45,080 nucleotides of DNA, from NCBI GenBank assembly GCA_051453625.1, contig JBOZIK010000001.1, forward strand, positions 29,330,956 to 29,376,035, read 5' to 3'. Positions within the stretch are counted from its first letter, which is position 1. The number at the start of each line of letters is the position of its first letter. Origin of the DNA: Welwitschia mirabilis. Taxonomy: Eukaryota. The position numbers and the translations under genes are program-made. This document shows, one piece after another, positions 12,232-25,485 of the stretch. The notes beneath the pieces are model-generated. The model was given only the letters and a program-made list of their open reading frames with translations, searched no databases and was not told where the DNA came from.

Positions 12232-13586
12232 TATTATAGTGCGAATTTATGTAATCCTAAAGCTCTTTAGGTAAACCTATAAATCATATAACTTATAGAA
12301 AAACACATGCTAGTATAGATGGGAGTTCACTCAAATGTCATAATCCCAATGAAGGCACTAGGCTCAGAGTTAAAGAATTGATTTCCAAAGGTAGTTTTGG
12401 TCTTGTATATTTTACTAACTGAAAGTAAATAATAAAGTAAATACAATGCAAATGAATGAAGATAAAATACAAGTGCATGGAAGTGGAAATGAAATAAGAT
12501 TCTACTTATATCCTAATCCTTCTATCACATGAACTAGCTTCTAGCCTTTCTGTCATAAAGACTACTTTCTCTATAATTCATATCAAGTAAGAAGGACATT
12601 TAACTAGTTCTTAACCAACATCAACTATAAGATCTATCAAGTAGAACATGAAATGCAATATGAAATAAAATGGAAATGCAATGTAGACCTACTATTAACC
12701 AAGGTCAACCTTAACAAAGGTTGTCCTCATGATCTAAATAAATCATAGAATTGTTACTTAACTATGACAAACTTAAAGCATAAGGGACATTTACAGAATT
12801 GGAATGAAAGATTATTTATATTAATAGAAAGAAAATTACATCCACTTATAATAGAATAACATCTCCTCAATGGAAGAGACACAACCTAGCATTAAGGAAA
12901 CCCCTTTCTACAGTCACTGGATGGGCCTCCTACCTTCAAACTTCCATCACAAGCATATTAAGTATAAAAGATGGTTTGGAAGTGAAGGAGGAAAGGGTAT
13001 TTATAGTTTTGTAATTAATTGTAACCCTAGACATTAGTGCAGAAAACCTAGTAACCCACATAGATTGCTTGAGCCCATTTACAATAGTATTTATTACAGA
13101 TATGTATAAATGATTATCGTCTTATCCATCATCCACATGATAGAGAAGATGACACTGCCTTTTCATCTTGGGTTGTATGCCCATATGATACTGTTAGCCC
13201 CATGGATTATGCTTGCATGTTACTCATGTCATTGTTTAGTCGATCATCCTAACGACATGGCGAACAATACCCTATCACCATGTGCTACTAGTGGTGCCGT
13301 AGCCTTTGTCCATGTAATTAAGTTATTGTCCTCTTTGTCATGAGGACAACATGCTTCCCAAGCTTCTTAAGTAATGTAAATTGGCCTTCTTCATCCTTAG
13401 TCCTTCTTTAATATGCTCAGTATTAGAATATGTCCAAAATTCCTCCAATTATGTTAAGAATTACATGTTTCTATGATCATCATATCATCTCTTCATAATT
13501 AGCAGAATTACATCAAAACCTGTATAAATATCCTGTGAAAGCACTCCAAATATATCATCAAATTCATACAAATTGGTATCACAACA
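12232..13586 (-). repeat. Athila-2 left LTR
   Basis: tattatagtgcgaatttatg...tcacaaca, collinear with 7444-8708. Confidence 0.85.
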
Positions 13587-13848
13587 CGCTACCTTAATAA
13601 TATAATTTTAATGTTTAAATAAAGGAAAAGTACAACTTATTAAACAAAGAAAATAATGCAAAAAATAACTTATCTACTAGAATGACCACTAACCATAAAT
13701 GATCATGATTAATTACAAAGATATTACAACAAAGAATAATATTATGTATATTACAAATGGAAGGACATAAAATGAAAAGTTGTAAATAATCATATATCAA
13801 TGATAGTAATGATAAGTAAAATAACTAATTTAGCTTGTGGATCCTATG

Positions 13849-15512
13849 TGTTGTGCTGCTAATTTATAATTATTTGATGGGATCTTATGAGGTTTTTTGT
13901 AGGACTTTTTATAGGTTTAAGTGCAATTCTAAGAATTTTGGAGATATAAGAGAAAATATTAGAAAAAGTATAATTCTTATATAAATTTAATGTATTAAAG
14001 ACAATTTGTACTTCATAGAGCTTTGAAGAAGGGTTATTGATAAAAATGCTAAGTTATCTTTAAGGAATTAATCAAAGAAGACTGTCATCCCTTTAGTTAT
14101 CTCCACGATAGGTAGGACGATGACTGATGATGTGGATTAATAAACCACTGATGAGTCATAAATGTAAATCATATTTTATAATGTATTATCATCTTCATTA
14201 TCTTCTCCTAATGATACTAACATGTAACCGATTCTTACAATAACCTTTGACTATTTTTTTCATTCATTTATGAGAACACCTAACTATACCTAACATTTTT
14301 CTTTTTCTGCTATGAGTTATTATAAATAAACCCCATTTTGATTCTCCTTCCCATTTTCATTGCACTGAAAATTATCATGATAGGAGATCAAAGGGCAAGA
14401 AATCCATCTTGAGCATTATAGAAAGACATGCACTTGGTAGAGAATTATATATCCGCCAGTTAAACCTAGCTATTTTGTAATCAAGATGTTTGTTACTTTT
14501 TAACATAAAAATCTTATTTTGTTTTGTTTTCATATTTGCATGTTAGTTTCTTTGATGATCCTTATAGTCTATGTTGTCCTTAATCTGGTAATAATTTCTT
14601 GGATCAGCTTTTTTACAATTGAAAGTAAGTAGTATTAGCTTATTTTACATTCATTTAAATTAGTTGCACTTTGAATTTGCATTGCATTCCTTTATTTTCT
14701 TGCATTTTTATTTATTTTTAGTTGCTATTTTATTTTGCAAAGTAACCTAAGTGTCATCTCATAGATTTCAATGTGAATATGACATTTTGAATCTATCACA
14801 CTCATACCAGTGTGATGTATTATGTAAGATATCTATTTTGATTATAAATGATAGGATCTATTTGAATGTAAAAAACTTGCATAAATACACACTGCAACAA
14901 ATTGGCACCATTGCTGAGGAAGGCTATCAAAGAATACAAGGGTTGTCATCATTCAAAAGATTATATCGGATCTCTGTTTGGTTATTTGTCTATGCAATGT
15001 TATATTTTATTAAGAAGTATAAGTTTTTTTTTGTGTAGTATTTCAACTTTTTTTTTTTGGGTTTCAGTTTTCTGTAAAAATTTGTGATCATCTCCTTTAT
15101 CATTCACAGGATAAGGAGGATGATAATATATAAATTTTATTCTCAGTTTTATTTTTAAATTTTAATTTTTTTGCAATAAATTAGTTTTTGTTGTCTCCTG
15201 TGATGTTTGGATGACCAAGAGGATAAGAGTCATATTTTTTGTGTTTTCTACTTCCTATTAGATTTCTGTTCTATTTCTATTTTTCTGTTTTCATATGTGT
15301 GTTATCCCTTATGTCATCCTCACAAAAGAAAGGACGATGGTCTATTATTTTTTATTTTTTTTCTATTATTTGCTATTTGTAAGATTCTATAATATGGTTA
15401 ACATAGAGAAGAGATATCAAAGAGAAAAGCTGCTAATAAAAAAGAACATTAAAGAAGGACTAGTGGATATAAAAAATAAATTACAAAAGCAATCTTAAGA
15501 TGCACTTAAACC
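13849..15512 (+). mobile_element. 5' end of another Athila-family element (Athila-3): LTR 13849-14899, PBS and 5' UTR, cut off by a gap
   Basis: TGTTGTG...TGCAACA, similar to the reverse complement of the other Athila LTRs, immediately followed by a PBS. Confidence 0.8.
14903..14920 (+). promoter_or_regulatory. Primer-binding site (tRNA-Asp type) of Athila-3
   Basis: TGGCACCATTGCTGAGGA versus the Athila consensus TGGCGCCGTTGCCGGGGA; all 4 differences are transitions. Confidence 0.85.
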
Positions 15513-16737
15513 NNNNNNNNNNNNNNNNNNNNNNNNNNNNNNNNNNNNNNNNNNNNNNNNNNNNNNNNNNNNNNNNNNNNNNNNNNNNNNNNNNNNNNNN
15601 NNNNNNNNNNNNGGGTTACTCACACATGTTACCGAGGCTGTCGTCCTGTCAGTCGTCCACACAATATAGGGGACGACACCTTGGACTGCATGTCCATGTG
15701 CTATCATCAGCTACGTGGTCGTCCTTCTTATCATCCAGAAAACATAGGGGACAATGCCCCATCACCATGTGCTATTGTCTAAGTGTTGCGCATGAGCTAT
15801 TCTTATGTAGTTGTCTTTATGAGCTATCGTCCCCTATGTCGTGGGGACGATAGTGGGGACAACACCTTTGCACAAGCTCCTTAAGNNNNNNNNNNNNNNN
15901 NNNNNNNNNNNNNNNNNNNNNNNNNNNNNNNNNNNNNNNNNNNNNNNNNNNNNNNNNNNNNNNNNNNNNNNNNNNNNNNNNNNNNNNNNNNNNNNNNNNN
16001 NNNNNNNNNNNNNNNNNNNNNNNNNNNNNNNNNNNNNNNNNNNNNNNNNNNNNNNNNNNNNNNNNNNNNNNNNNNNNNNNNNNNAATTGGCATCGTAACA
16101 AACTCTTTTAAATAACTATAACTTATTATATTCATGAAAGGCTAGTGATAAATGTTTGCTACTTTTGAATTACAAGGATTAATATTTTCTTTGACAAATA
16201 CACACACATTTTGTTATACCAAAAAATGTTAGTTTGACATCAACTTAGAAAATTATGACTTAATAAGCTTACCCTTTGACATGATGATAAACTATACTTA
16301 TTGAAAATATTAATTGAAAAACTCACACTTAGAAAATGCCCATTAGATTCATGAAACATTATTGAGCATATTTATTCAAATTAAGAATTCATAATGATTT
16401 TCTTAAAAAAGCCATATATATAAATAAAAAGTATAGTTTATGAGAAATATAATATTCATTAATAGAGATGACAAAAGCGTAGTTCATGGAAAATGTAATA
16501 TGGACTAATAGATAAGACAAAATAATACCAAATACATTCCTATTTACTATTTTTAAATAGTATAATGAAAAGATATTCATAAGAGAATTACTACAACTAG
16601 AATAGAATAACTGATAAGTACTACTAAGAACAATTGATAACAACTAATAATATAACTTCTATTTCATCCCCGTTTGGTATCAATGAAAAAGAAGAGAAAA
16701 AGAAAAATAATAAGTACAACTGAAAAAAAATAAGAAA

Positions 16738-17737
16738 TCAGTTAGATTCTTCCTCTTCTTCTTCCTCTTCAAATTGTTCTTTAGAATCTAGGTCTTATTC
16801 TTCATCTTCTTCTTTGATCACCTTCTGTGTAGAGTAATTGGCTTCTTTAGAAGTGTCAGCAACCTCGTATCCTACTATAATGAAAGCCTCTTTCAAGTGT
16901 TGAGTGTAGGGATTCAACCTCTTTAAGTAAAAAATAGCCTCTTCAAGACAGGCCTACATTGGAAAAGAAGACTTGAAAGATTTTTTTGAATTAGAGAAAA
17001 TGTACATGTGGTATAGGGTTGCACATCCAATAATAGACATAAGAGTTAAAGTTTCTAACTTGAGGTGTAGTTGGACTTTAAAATGATGGTAGACATTGGT
17101 GATAAAAATAGATCAAGAAAGAATCTTAGTTTTATAATACTCTAACTCAGAGACCATATTTTTAAGCGTAATAACAAGAACATTAATAAAATAACTAGTT
17201 CCTACCAAATACAATAGATAAGCCATATAGTTGAAGGTCTTATCATGATAACCCACAAGAGGTAAGAAATTTTATGTAAAAACCAAATGAAGAAAGTAGT
17301 ACTTTGGGGTAAGATTAGAGGTGAAAAGGGTGGTTTTCCACCAAATGAATTTACCACAAAGCTCCTTAGTGACCTCTACCTTATCCCCCATGGAGTTACG
17401 TAGGGGCCAAATCTCCTCTTAATATTCTCTAGGGAGATTTGTAAGGGAGGCTATGAGATCTATAGTAATCCTATTCCTTCTTTCCAAAACAAGGGTTGTT
17501 AGGGTAGAGGAATCAACGCCAACTCAGAGACATCAATAAAATAAGATAAATCAAATTTATTCAATAATATTACTACATCCCTTAACTCCTTAATTTCCTT
17601 AGAAGTAATAGGCCTTTCTTAATAGATAGGATTTTTATCAAACTTCTCTTAGAAATGTCTAAATCCTCATCTACATTCTATATTAAAAATACTCTGGATC
17701 TTTGTTGCGTAGCTCTTTTTGAAGGACCCTATACCAT
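16738..17737 (-). pseudogene. env-like (extra 3') ORF of SIRE element A, disrupted
   Basis: Lies between pol and the 3' LTR. Reads ...ITIDLIASLTNLPRE...TLFTSNLTPKYYFLHLVFT*NFLPLVGYHDKTFNYMAYLLYLVGTSYFINV...SIFITNVYHHFKV... and ends in an acidic tail (EEEEEEEESN*). The LH...N..P...H....LLY...G pattern is typical of plant SIRE/Athila env-like (Transposase_32-like) domains. Confidence 0.75.
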
Positions 17738-18135
17738 TTAAAAGCACATGGCACTTTCTATAGATAAAAGACAAGGAGAAAGATAGTTGAATATAAGAGA
17801 GAAAGGGGGATAGATATGAATGAGGAAGGTTAAAGATCCATAAGATCTTAGAAAAAGGGGTGATAAAGTTATATTTAAGAAAAAAATTAGGTCCATTATC
17901 TATTTCCTACTCTATAAACCTATAGGTTAGATTAACAAGGTTATGATCTTATTGACCCAATGAGACTTGAGTCACAAAAATTTCTAGATTTAATCGATTA
18001 AGAATTCAATCTAGTTAATCCCATTGGATTTAATTTAATCTAGGAAAAACTAGGCAGTTAGATAAAAATGTGATCAATTAACTTCTTCAATAGATTTGAT
18101 TAATTGAATTCAAGATCTAGTCAACCACCCTACCT

Positions 18136-21100
18136 TTAGATGGAGGACAGAGAGACTACTTCTAGCCTGGGATGAAATCTTAGAAACTTATTAATATTTA
18201 GGGGTTTGATAAAAATATCAGCTAGTTATCTATCAATGCTTACAAAAATCATGGAAGTGTTACCTTTTTCCACTTGATTTCTATGAAAATTATGTTTTAG
18301 TTTAATATGTTTAGTTTGAGAATGTTGAAAATGGTTATTTAAACTATTGATTGTACTACTATTATCACAAAAGATTGGAACCTATTTAGAATTTACTCCA
18401 AATTTTTTTAGCATTTTCTTCATCCATAGAAAATGGGTACAACAACTTATTGCTGCTATATATTCTACTTCTACTATGAAAAGGGAGATAATATTTTACT
18501 TCTTACTTACTCATCCTATCAAATATGATCCTATTAGAAAATAATTTTAAGTAGTGCTTTTTCTATCATCTTTACAATAAGCCTAGTCTACATCACTAAA
18601 ACTAGCAAGTTCAAAAGAATTTTCCATTAGCTACTATAATTCATAATCACTTGTGTCTTTTATATATCTTATGATCTTTTAGATAGCTCAAAGGTGTGAT
18701 TCTTTTGGTTGAGACTGATATTTAGCACAAATGGCAACACTAAACATTATACTAGGTCTACTTGCAATTAAATACAATGGATTTTCTATCATGCTTCTAT
18801 AAAAATTTTAGTCCATAAATTTTCTATGTTCGTTAACACTAATCTTACATGATGTTGATATGGGTATGTCAGTTAATTTTGCATTTTCTAGTCCAGATTA
18901 TTTGATTAAGTCCCTTGAATATTTGGATTAAGATGTGAAAATTCCATGGTTTATTTGTTTGATTTAAAGACCAAGAAACATGCAAACTTTATCAAGCATA
19001 CTCATTTCAAAATGTGATGTTACAATGGTAGTGAATTCTTTTAAGAGAACTTTGTTTGAGGCTTTAAAAATTATGTCATCAATGTAGAATTGAATGATTA
19101 TAAAGTCATTATTAATATTTTTAACCAATAAAGTTTTATATATAATTCCACAAATGTAACCATTTTCATTGAGAAATATAGATAGTTTTTCATACTATGT
19201 CCTTGGAGCTTGTTTTAAATCATACAAAGCCTTTTTTATTCTATACATATGATTTGCTCTATGTGGATCCATGAAACATTAATGTTGTTCCACATAAACT
19301 TCTTCATTAAGTGTTTTATTTAAGAATGCACTTTTCACATCCATCTGAAAAAATTTAATGTTTTTAAAGGATGCATAAGATAGAAACATCCTAACACTGT
19401 TAAGTTTAGCCACTAGAGCAAATGTGTCACCTACATCTATTCCTTCAATTTGGTTGTATCCTTTAGCTACTAAGATTTCATTATTCTTAATTACATTATT
19501 TTAGTCATCACACTTGTTTTTAAAGATTCATTTCGTTTCAATTACATTTTGCTCTTTCTATAAGTTTTTCAACATTATTTTTTTTGAATTGTTGAAGTTC
19601 ATCTTACATAGCTAACATCCATTCTTTAAGAGATTTTTCCTCTTACAAATTTTTGGGTTTAATTTTTTAGACATAACAAATGTAGACATAGAAATTTTTA
19701 AGAGAGTTTCTTATTTAAATTTTTGAGCTAGCATTTCCAATGATTAACTTTAGAGGGTGATCTTTTAGCTCTTTGATCTTTTTGGAAGTAACCTATTGAG
19801 ATGGCTTTTCTTCCTTTTTGGTTATTACTTCTTTTATTATGGNNNNNNNNNNNNNNNNNNNNNNNNNNNNNNNNNNNNNNNNNNNNNNNNNNNNNNNNNN
19901 NNNNNNNNNNNNNNNNNNNNNNNNNNNNNNNNNNNNNNNNNNTCTTTTAGCTCTTTGATCTTTTTGGAAGTAACCTATTGAGATGGATTTTCTTCCTTTT
20001 TGGTTATTACTTCTTTTATTATGGAGATATTTGAAGTTATATTTTCCTCATCATTTAAAGGAAGAAGTCTTGTACTAAAGTCATCATTCAAACATTTACA
20101 AATTCTTCCACTATTAGACTTCATTTGTTGAATACTCGATAGGATCTACTTCTAGTTGAATATTCTAAAAATATTGTTTTATTATCTTTTGACTGAAATT
20201 TTATTAAGTATTCTCTATCTTTTAATATAAAGTATTTACTCACAAAGACTTTAAAATATGAAAAATTTAGTATTTTTTCCCCTCTTTTCAAAGCTCATAG
20301 GGGATTTTATCCATGCATGGTCTTAGATAGACTTTGTTGATAATGTAGTAAGTAGTGTTTCCTCCTTTAGACCTAAATTTTTTAAGAATATTCTTATCAT
20401 TTAACATTGTTCTTATCATTTTTTGAAGAAGTTGGTTTTTTTCCTCTGTAATTCCATTTTGTTAAGGAGTCTTTGGAGTTGAGAATTAATGTTCTATACC
20501 AATGTCTACATATGCTTTTTGAATTTTCCTCCATAGTTACTTCTAATTTTTTTGATAGTTTATCCTTTCTCATTTTGAATTTTTTTATAGATTTCAATAC
20601 AACTTTTAAAATTTTTAGCTTTCTTTCCTAAGAAAACAATCTAAGTGAATCTAAAGTAGTTATCAATCATAGTTAAGAAATATTATTTTCCTCCTAAACT
20701 TTTAGTTTGGATAGGATTCACCAAGTCCATGTAAATGAGTTTAGTTTTGTTGTATAGATTAGGTTTTTAATTTTATAAAAAGTCCTAACTTATTTTCCTT
20801 TTTAACAAGAATTACATAACTCATGTTTTTTTAAGTTGATCTTCAGGATTCCTTTCATAATCTTCTTTTAATAATCATGCTGAGATGATATAGTTTACAT
20901 GTCCTATTCATTAGTACCATAATTATTCTTGATTTAAATAATAAAAATAACAAGTAGATAAAGACTGATTAATGATGTATACATTATTTATTCTATTTGC
21001 TTTAAGAAGAACATCATTTATTTTGCCATCTCTAACTTCATACTTTTGACTATTAAAAATAACTTTATGATATTTATTATAGATTTCATTAATACTCAAC

Positions 21101-23458
21101 AAATTATATTAATATAAAACTTCATTAATTTTAAGCATGTTATCTTCATTGATTCTTTCAATCCCTTCAATCTTTACTCTTCTGTTGTCATCCAATTTAC
21201 TTCTCCTCTATCAAAATCATTCAAATGTTGAAATCTTAAATTATCATCTGTTATGCATCAAAAACAATCATTATCCAAGTACCAATAACTTCCATTTAAT
21301 ACTTTAAAAGATGTTTGGATCATAAACTTTTCAAATTGTTAGCCCTTATCCACTTAGTTTATTTAGACTACTACAATACACATCCCCTTAGAATAAATTT
21401 AAATGAAAAAGTACTAATAGAATTTGAAAAGAGCATTAAACTTTATAGCACTATAAATAATTTTGAATGACCTATTTTTCTATAAAATTGACATGTAATT
21501 TTTGACACATAATTATTTTTCCATGTTACTTGATTTAACTTATTTTATAACTTTTGAGAGATGAATCCAATACCTTTCTTATTATGAACTAGTTTTCGTA
21601 TCTTNNNNNNNNNNNNNNNNNNNNNNNNNNNNNNNNNNNNNNNNNNNNNNNNNNNNNNNNNNNNNNNNNNNNNNNNNNNNNNNNNNNNNNNNNNNNNNNN
21701 NNNNNNNNNNNNNNNNNNNNNNNNNNNNNNNNNNNNNNNNNNNNNNNNNNNNNNNNNNNNNNNNNNNNNNNNNNNNNNNNNNNNNNNNNNNNNNNNNNNN
21801 NNNNNNNNNNNNNNNNNNNNNNNNNNNNNNNNNNNNNNNNNNNNNNNNNNNNNNNNNNNNNNNNNNNNNNNNNNNNNNNNNNNNNNNNNNNNNNNNNNNN
21901 NNNNNNNNNNNNNNNNNNNNNNNNNNNNNNNNNNNNNNNNNNNNNNNNNNNNNNNNNNNNNNNNNNNNNNNNNNNNNNNNNNNNNNNNNNNNNNNNNNNN
22001 NNNNNNNNNNNNNNNNNNNNNNNNNNNNNNNNNNNNNNNNNNNNNNNNNNNNNNNNNNNNNNNNNNNNNNNNNNNNNNNNNNNNNNNNNNNNNNNNNNNN
22101 NNNNNNNNNNNNNNNNNNNNNNNNNNNNNNATCTTAAGCACCTATTCCAATTTACTTAGACTATTTGAAAATTTATTTATAAAGTGAGACAAGCTTTTTA
22201 CCTCTTGAGTAAACTCAAATTTTCTATTTGAACTATCTTATCCTTTGTCTTCAACTATTCCTTTTTCTTTGTCAGAGCCTTTACTATCTTATTTGGTTTG
22301 TTGATTTGTTTTGCTAATTTTTCACATCCTGAATTAAGCTCTTGATAGGTATCTTCAAGCTACTTTTGATCTTTTCTAATAAGTTCTATCTCATCTAGTT
22401 ATGTTAAGTAAGGTATGTTTAGAGACTGTTACCATAAAAGAAAGTCTTCTATCTTCATCTGACTCTTGGCTTAAGCTACTATCATCTTCGTCATCTACAT
22501 TATCTTAGGAGGTAATGAAGGATGATGTTTTGGATATCTTCTAATTTTTTCTATTATTTAAACATTTATTTGTAATATGTTCATATTCATTACAAGCATA
22601 ACATTGGATTTCATTTTCTTTTTTTGGATATTTTTTTAGTTTGAATTGATTCTCTTTGATTTCTTGCTTGGTTCATCTTCTTTCTTTATTTTGTGCAAGA
22701 CTTTTTTGAATCTCTTTATTAAAAGAGAAACCTCATCTTCATTAATTCTTCATTTAATTTATCAAATTTGAATTCTTCATACACACTTTTCAATGCAAGA
22801 CTTTTTTTTTATCTTTATAAAACTTTAACTCATAAGTTTAAAAATTACCCTGAAGTTCCTCGAGTGTCATTTAATTAATGTTCTTGCTCGATGGCTATGA
22901 CCTTTGGCTTAAAGCATTTTTGAGGAGATATTAGAACTTTTTGTATAATCTTTCCTTCTTCCATTTTTTTACCTAGATTTACCATAGAATTTACAATTTC
23001 TATTAGTCCAGAAAATAACTCATGTAGAGCCTCCTCTTCTTCCATGTAAATACCTTCAAATTTGGAGATAAGAATCTATAGTTTTTCTTACCTTACAATT
23101 CTTCTTATGCTATTTTAAGAATATCCCAAGCTTCTTTATCATGTTTATAGTTTATGGTGCTCTTGAATTCATCTACACACACTACATGAAAAATAGCATT
23201 AAAAACACAAGAATCTAGGATAGCCTTGGCTTTCTTGATAGGGGTCAATTGATCTTGAGATTTTTATACCACTATGATGGTTTCATTAGTATTAGTTTTG
23301 GATAGTATAGGCATGACATATACATAGTAGATTACCTCCTCTATGTCTACATCTAAGTATCTAAGAAAGATTCTCATATAGAACTTTTAGTAGGCATAGT
23401 TTATCCCATCAAACATGACAGGTCTTCTGATGGGAAAACCATCTAAAGGATTACTCAT
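18136..23458 (-). pseudogene. gag-pol of SIRE element A (many stops and frameshifts)
   Basis: Starts MSNPLDGFPIRRPVMFDGINYAY*K. Integrase KIRSNYGGKF near 20540, RT motifs FFQMDVKSAF and ALYDLKQAPR at 19200-19350, RNase H CDNSSTI...TKHI...LADIFIKPL, stop at 18136-18138. Confidence 0.92.
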
Positions 23459-23510
23459 AGTTAAGGTTCAAAAGTCTAGATCTACTAGGATTTATCAATG
23501 GCTCAACCTT

Positions 23511-23522
23511 ACTTTGATACTA
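23511..23522 (-). promoter_or_regulatory. PBS (tRNA-Met-i) of element A
   Basis: Minus strand TAGTATCAAAGT versus TGGTATCAGAGC, 2 bp from the LTR end. Confidence 0.8.
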
Positions 23523-23524
23523 AA

Positions 23525-24742
23525 TGAAAGATATAGAACCCTAGATGGGGAGGGGCAAACATGATTTTAAAATAATAAATAAATTCAAAATCTATCTCCA
23601 TAAGTATTGAATACTAGAAATATTTGTGCATATGCAATACCAAAAATGACCTGAAAGAAAATAATTAAAAATAAAAATTACCAATAAATGTTAATACAAA
23701 ATTTATAGTAGTTCAAAAAACATTTTACTCATTCTTGATGATCATCTTCTACCTAAGACTGATCTAGATCTTTATTACTTACTTTTTAGATATTTTAAAT
23801 TCACCTATAACCTTTTATAATCAGACTTTTTAGAGGCTCAGTATCAACATTTTAAGAGAAAATGTTTTAATGTTAATATTGTGCCATAATGTATAGGATT
23901 TATCATATTTGAAGTACAATGATAATTGTACTAAACTATCAGTTATAATATCATAAATCTAAGTATGTATAGAGTAAACTAATTGATTCAAGAACTGATA
24001 ATCAAAAAAATGCTCATTCAATTTTTGGTCAGGTAGAAGTAGTACAATGATTTTAATGGCTAAGAAATATATAGGACATACATTTTAGGGTTTTACAAGT
24101 AAATTTGATTCTACAACAAATGAAAATAGAAGGGAAATAGCTAGAAAAATCCCATTTCCATCATGGACGATCGATTCCTTAAAAGTCCAGTTGACTCCAT
24201 TAAGTGCCATCACTAAAATCAGTCATCTCCATCTTCTTTTAGTAGACCTACTTTCTTTATGTCTTCATGTTTGGTCAGTTTCATCTAGGATCCAGTTAAC
24301 TACATATCTAGTTAATCACTTTTTTCATCCATTTAATTCCATATGAAAAAAGTACAAAACATATTTAGCCTAGATCTAGTTGATCCCTCAAGAATCTAGT
24401 CAACTCCTTAATGACAAAAATAAAAACATTTTTACTACAAGTCCAGTCAATTCCTTAAGAATCCAGTTGAATCCTTAACGATTAGATGTAATAAATTATT
24501 GTATAAGTTTGGTCAATCCTTTAGGAATCTAGTTGATCTTTTAGTAATCTGGTTTTGATACTTCTTGATACAGGTTTTGTTAATCCCTTATAAATCTGTT
24601 GATCCATTTGAGGAACTATAACTTGTAAATATTTGTTTCTTCTAATCTACAAGGATTAATATTTTCTACAAGAAATAAACATACATTTTACTACACCAGA
24701 AAATGTTAGTTTGACATCAACTTGGTAAATTATAATTTAGTA
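23525..24742 (-). repeat. Element A 5' LTR
   Basis: Aligns with 11163-12231 + 16106-16265. Contains degenerate palindromic (TAGTCGACC-like) repeated motifs at ~24270-24605. Confidence 0.88.
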
Positions 24743-25485
24743 ATTCTTTGTTACATTATTTTTGTAAATTATCAATTATTGTAATATGATGTAATCCTTG
24801 GAAGTATCATTTATGATATTTACCTTATTTCTATATGAGATCCTCCTTACTATATGGTCACTAAGGTTATTGTTATTAGCTAAATAAATTCATATATACT
24901 CTAGTTGTTATTATTGTATTAGATTTGCATCTTAATCATAATTTATTATGAAGGTCTATGTATATGTCTTGAATAGTCTAATATTTTACATTATAATTAA
25001 ATTTTATTATCATGAGCATAATATCAATTGATTTAATTTCAATTGAAAATTATCATTTCATTTACATACTTGCTTCATAAACTCTATTATGATTAATTTT
25101 TATACATATGAAATAAAGTTAGGGGAAGAAAATATGACATTTCTTATCACATGTTTAAGTTTTATAGTTATTTATCTCTCTTTCTTTCTTCTTTATCATT
25201 GATGTCAAAATGGAGGAAAATATGATGTTTTTAAAAAGATATATGAATAAAATTACCATAGTTAAAATTTAATAGACCTCAAAATGGTTTTGTTTTAAAA
25301 ATATTTTTTTCCCTTAAAAGGCAAGGTACCCTTTACTTAATATTTTTTGTATGGCTTTGTAAAAGAAAAAGCTTTATTATGTTAATTTGCTTTGTTACAT
25401 AGATGAAACAAACATCTTAAATATGAAAAGTTTGTTTGATCTTAAAATCACTTATTTATTTGACATCAATGTTAAAGGGGAAGAT

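Larger units (their letters stand above)
12232..16100 (-). mobile_element. Athila-family insertion (Athila-2); interior largely missing in gaps
   Basis: Perfect TSD AACTC (12227-12231 / 16101-16105). Complete LTR at 12232-13586 homologous to the Athila-1 LTRs, plus LTR fragments at 15613-15885 and 16085-16100 (aattggcatcgtaaca versus aattggtatcacaaca). Confidence 0.75.
11163..16265 (-). repeat. Element A 3' LTR (11163-12231 + 16106-16265), split by Athila-2
   Basis: Both halves align collinearly with 23525-24742. A PPT-like agcttaccctttgacat follows at 16266. Confidence 0.85.
11163..24742 (-). mobile_element. SIRE (Sirevirus/Maximus) Ty1/copia element A with env-like ORF, decayed
   Basis: LTRs 23525-24742 and 11163-16265 (interrupted at 12232-16100). 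Perfect TSD ATTCT (11158-11162 / 24743-24747), Met-i PBS, gag-INT-RT-RH order, and an extra ORF after pol. Confidence 0.9.

Noticed and set aside
13110..13343. 77-aa Cys/His-rich ORF
   Set aside because: It lies in an Athila LTR and is not evidently conserved as an ORF in the other LTR copies; likely a chance ORF.
12232..13586. Solo LTR
   Set aside because: The left flank AACTC is not repeated after 13586 (CGCTA); it reappears at 16101.
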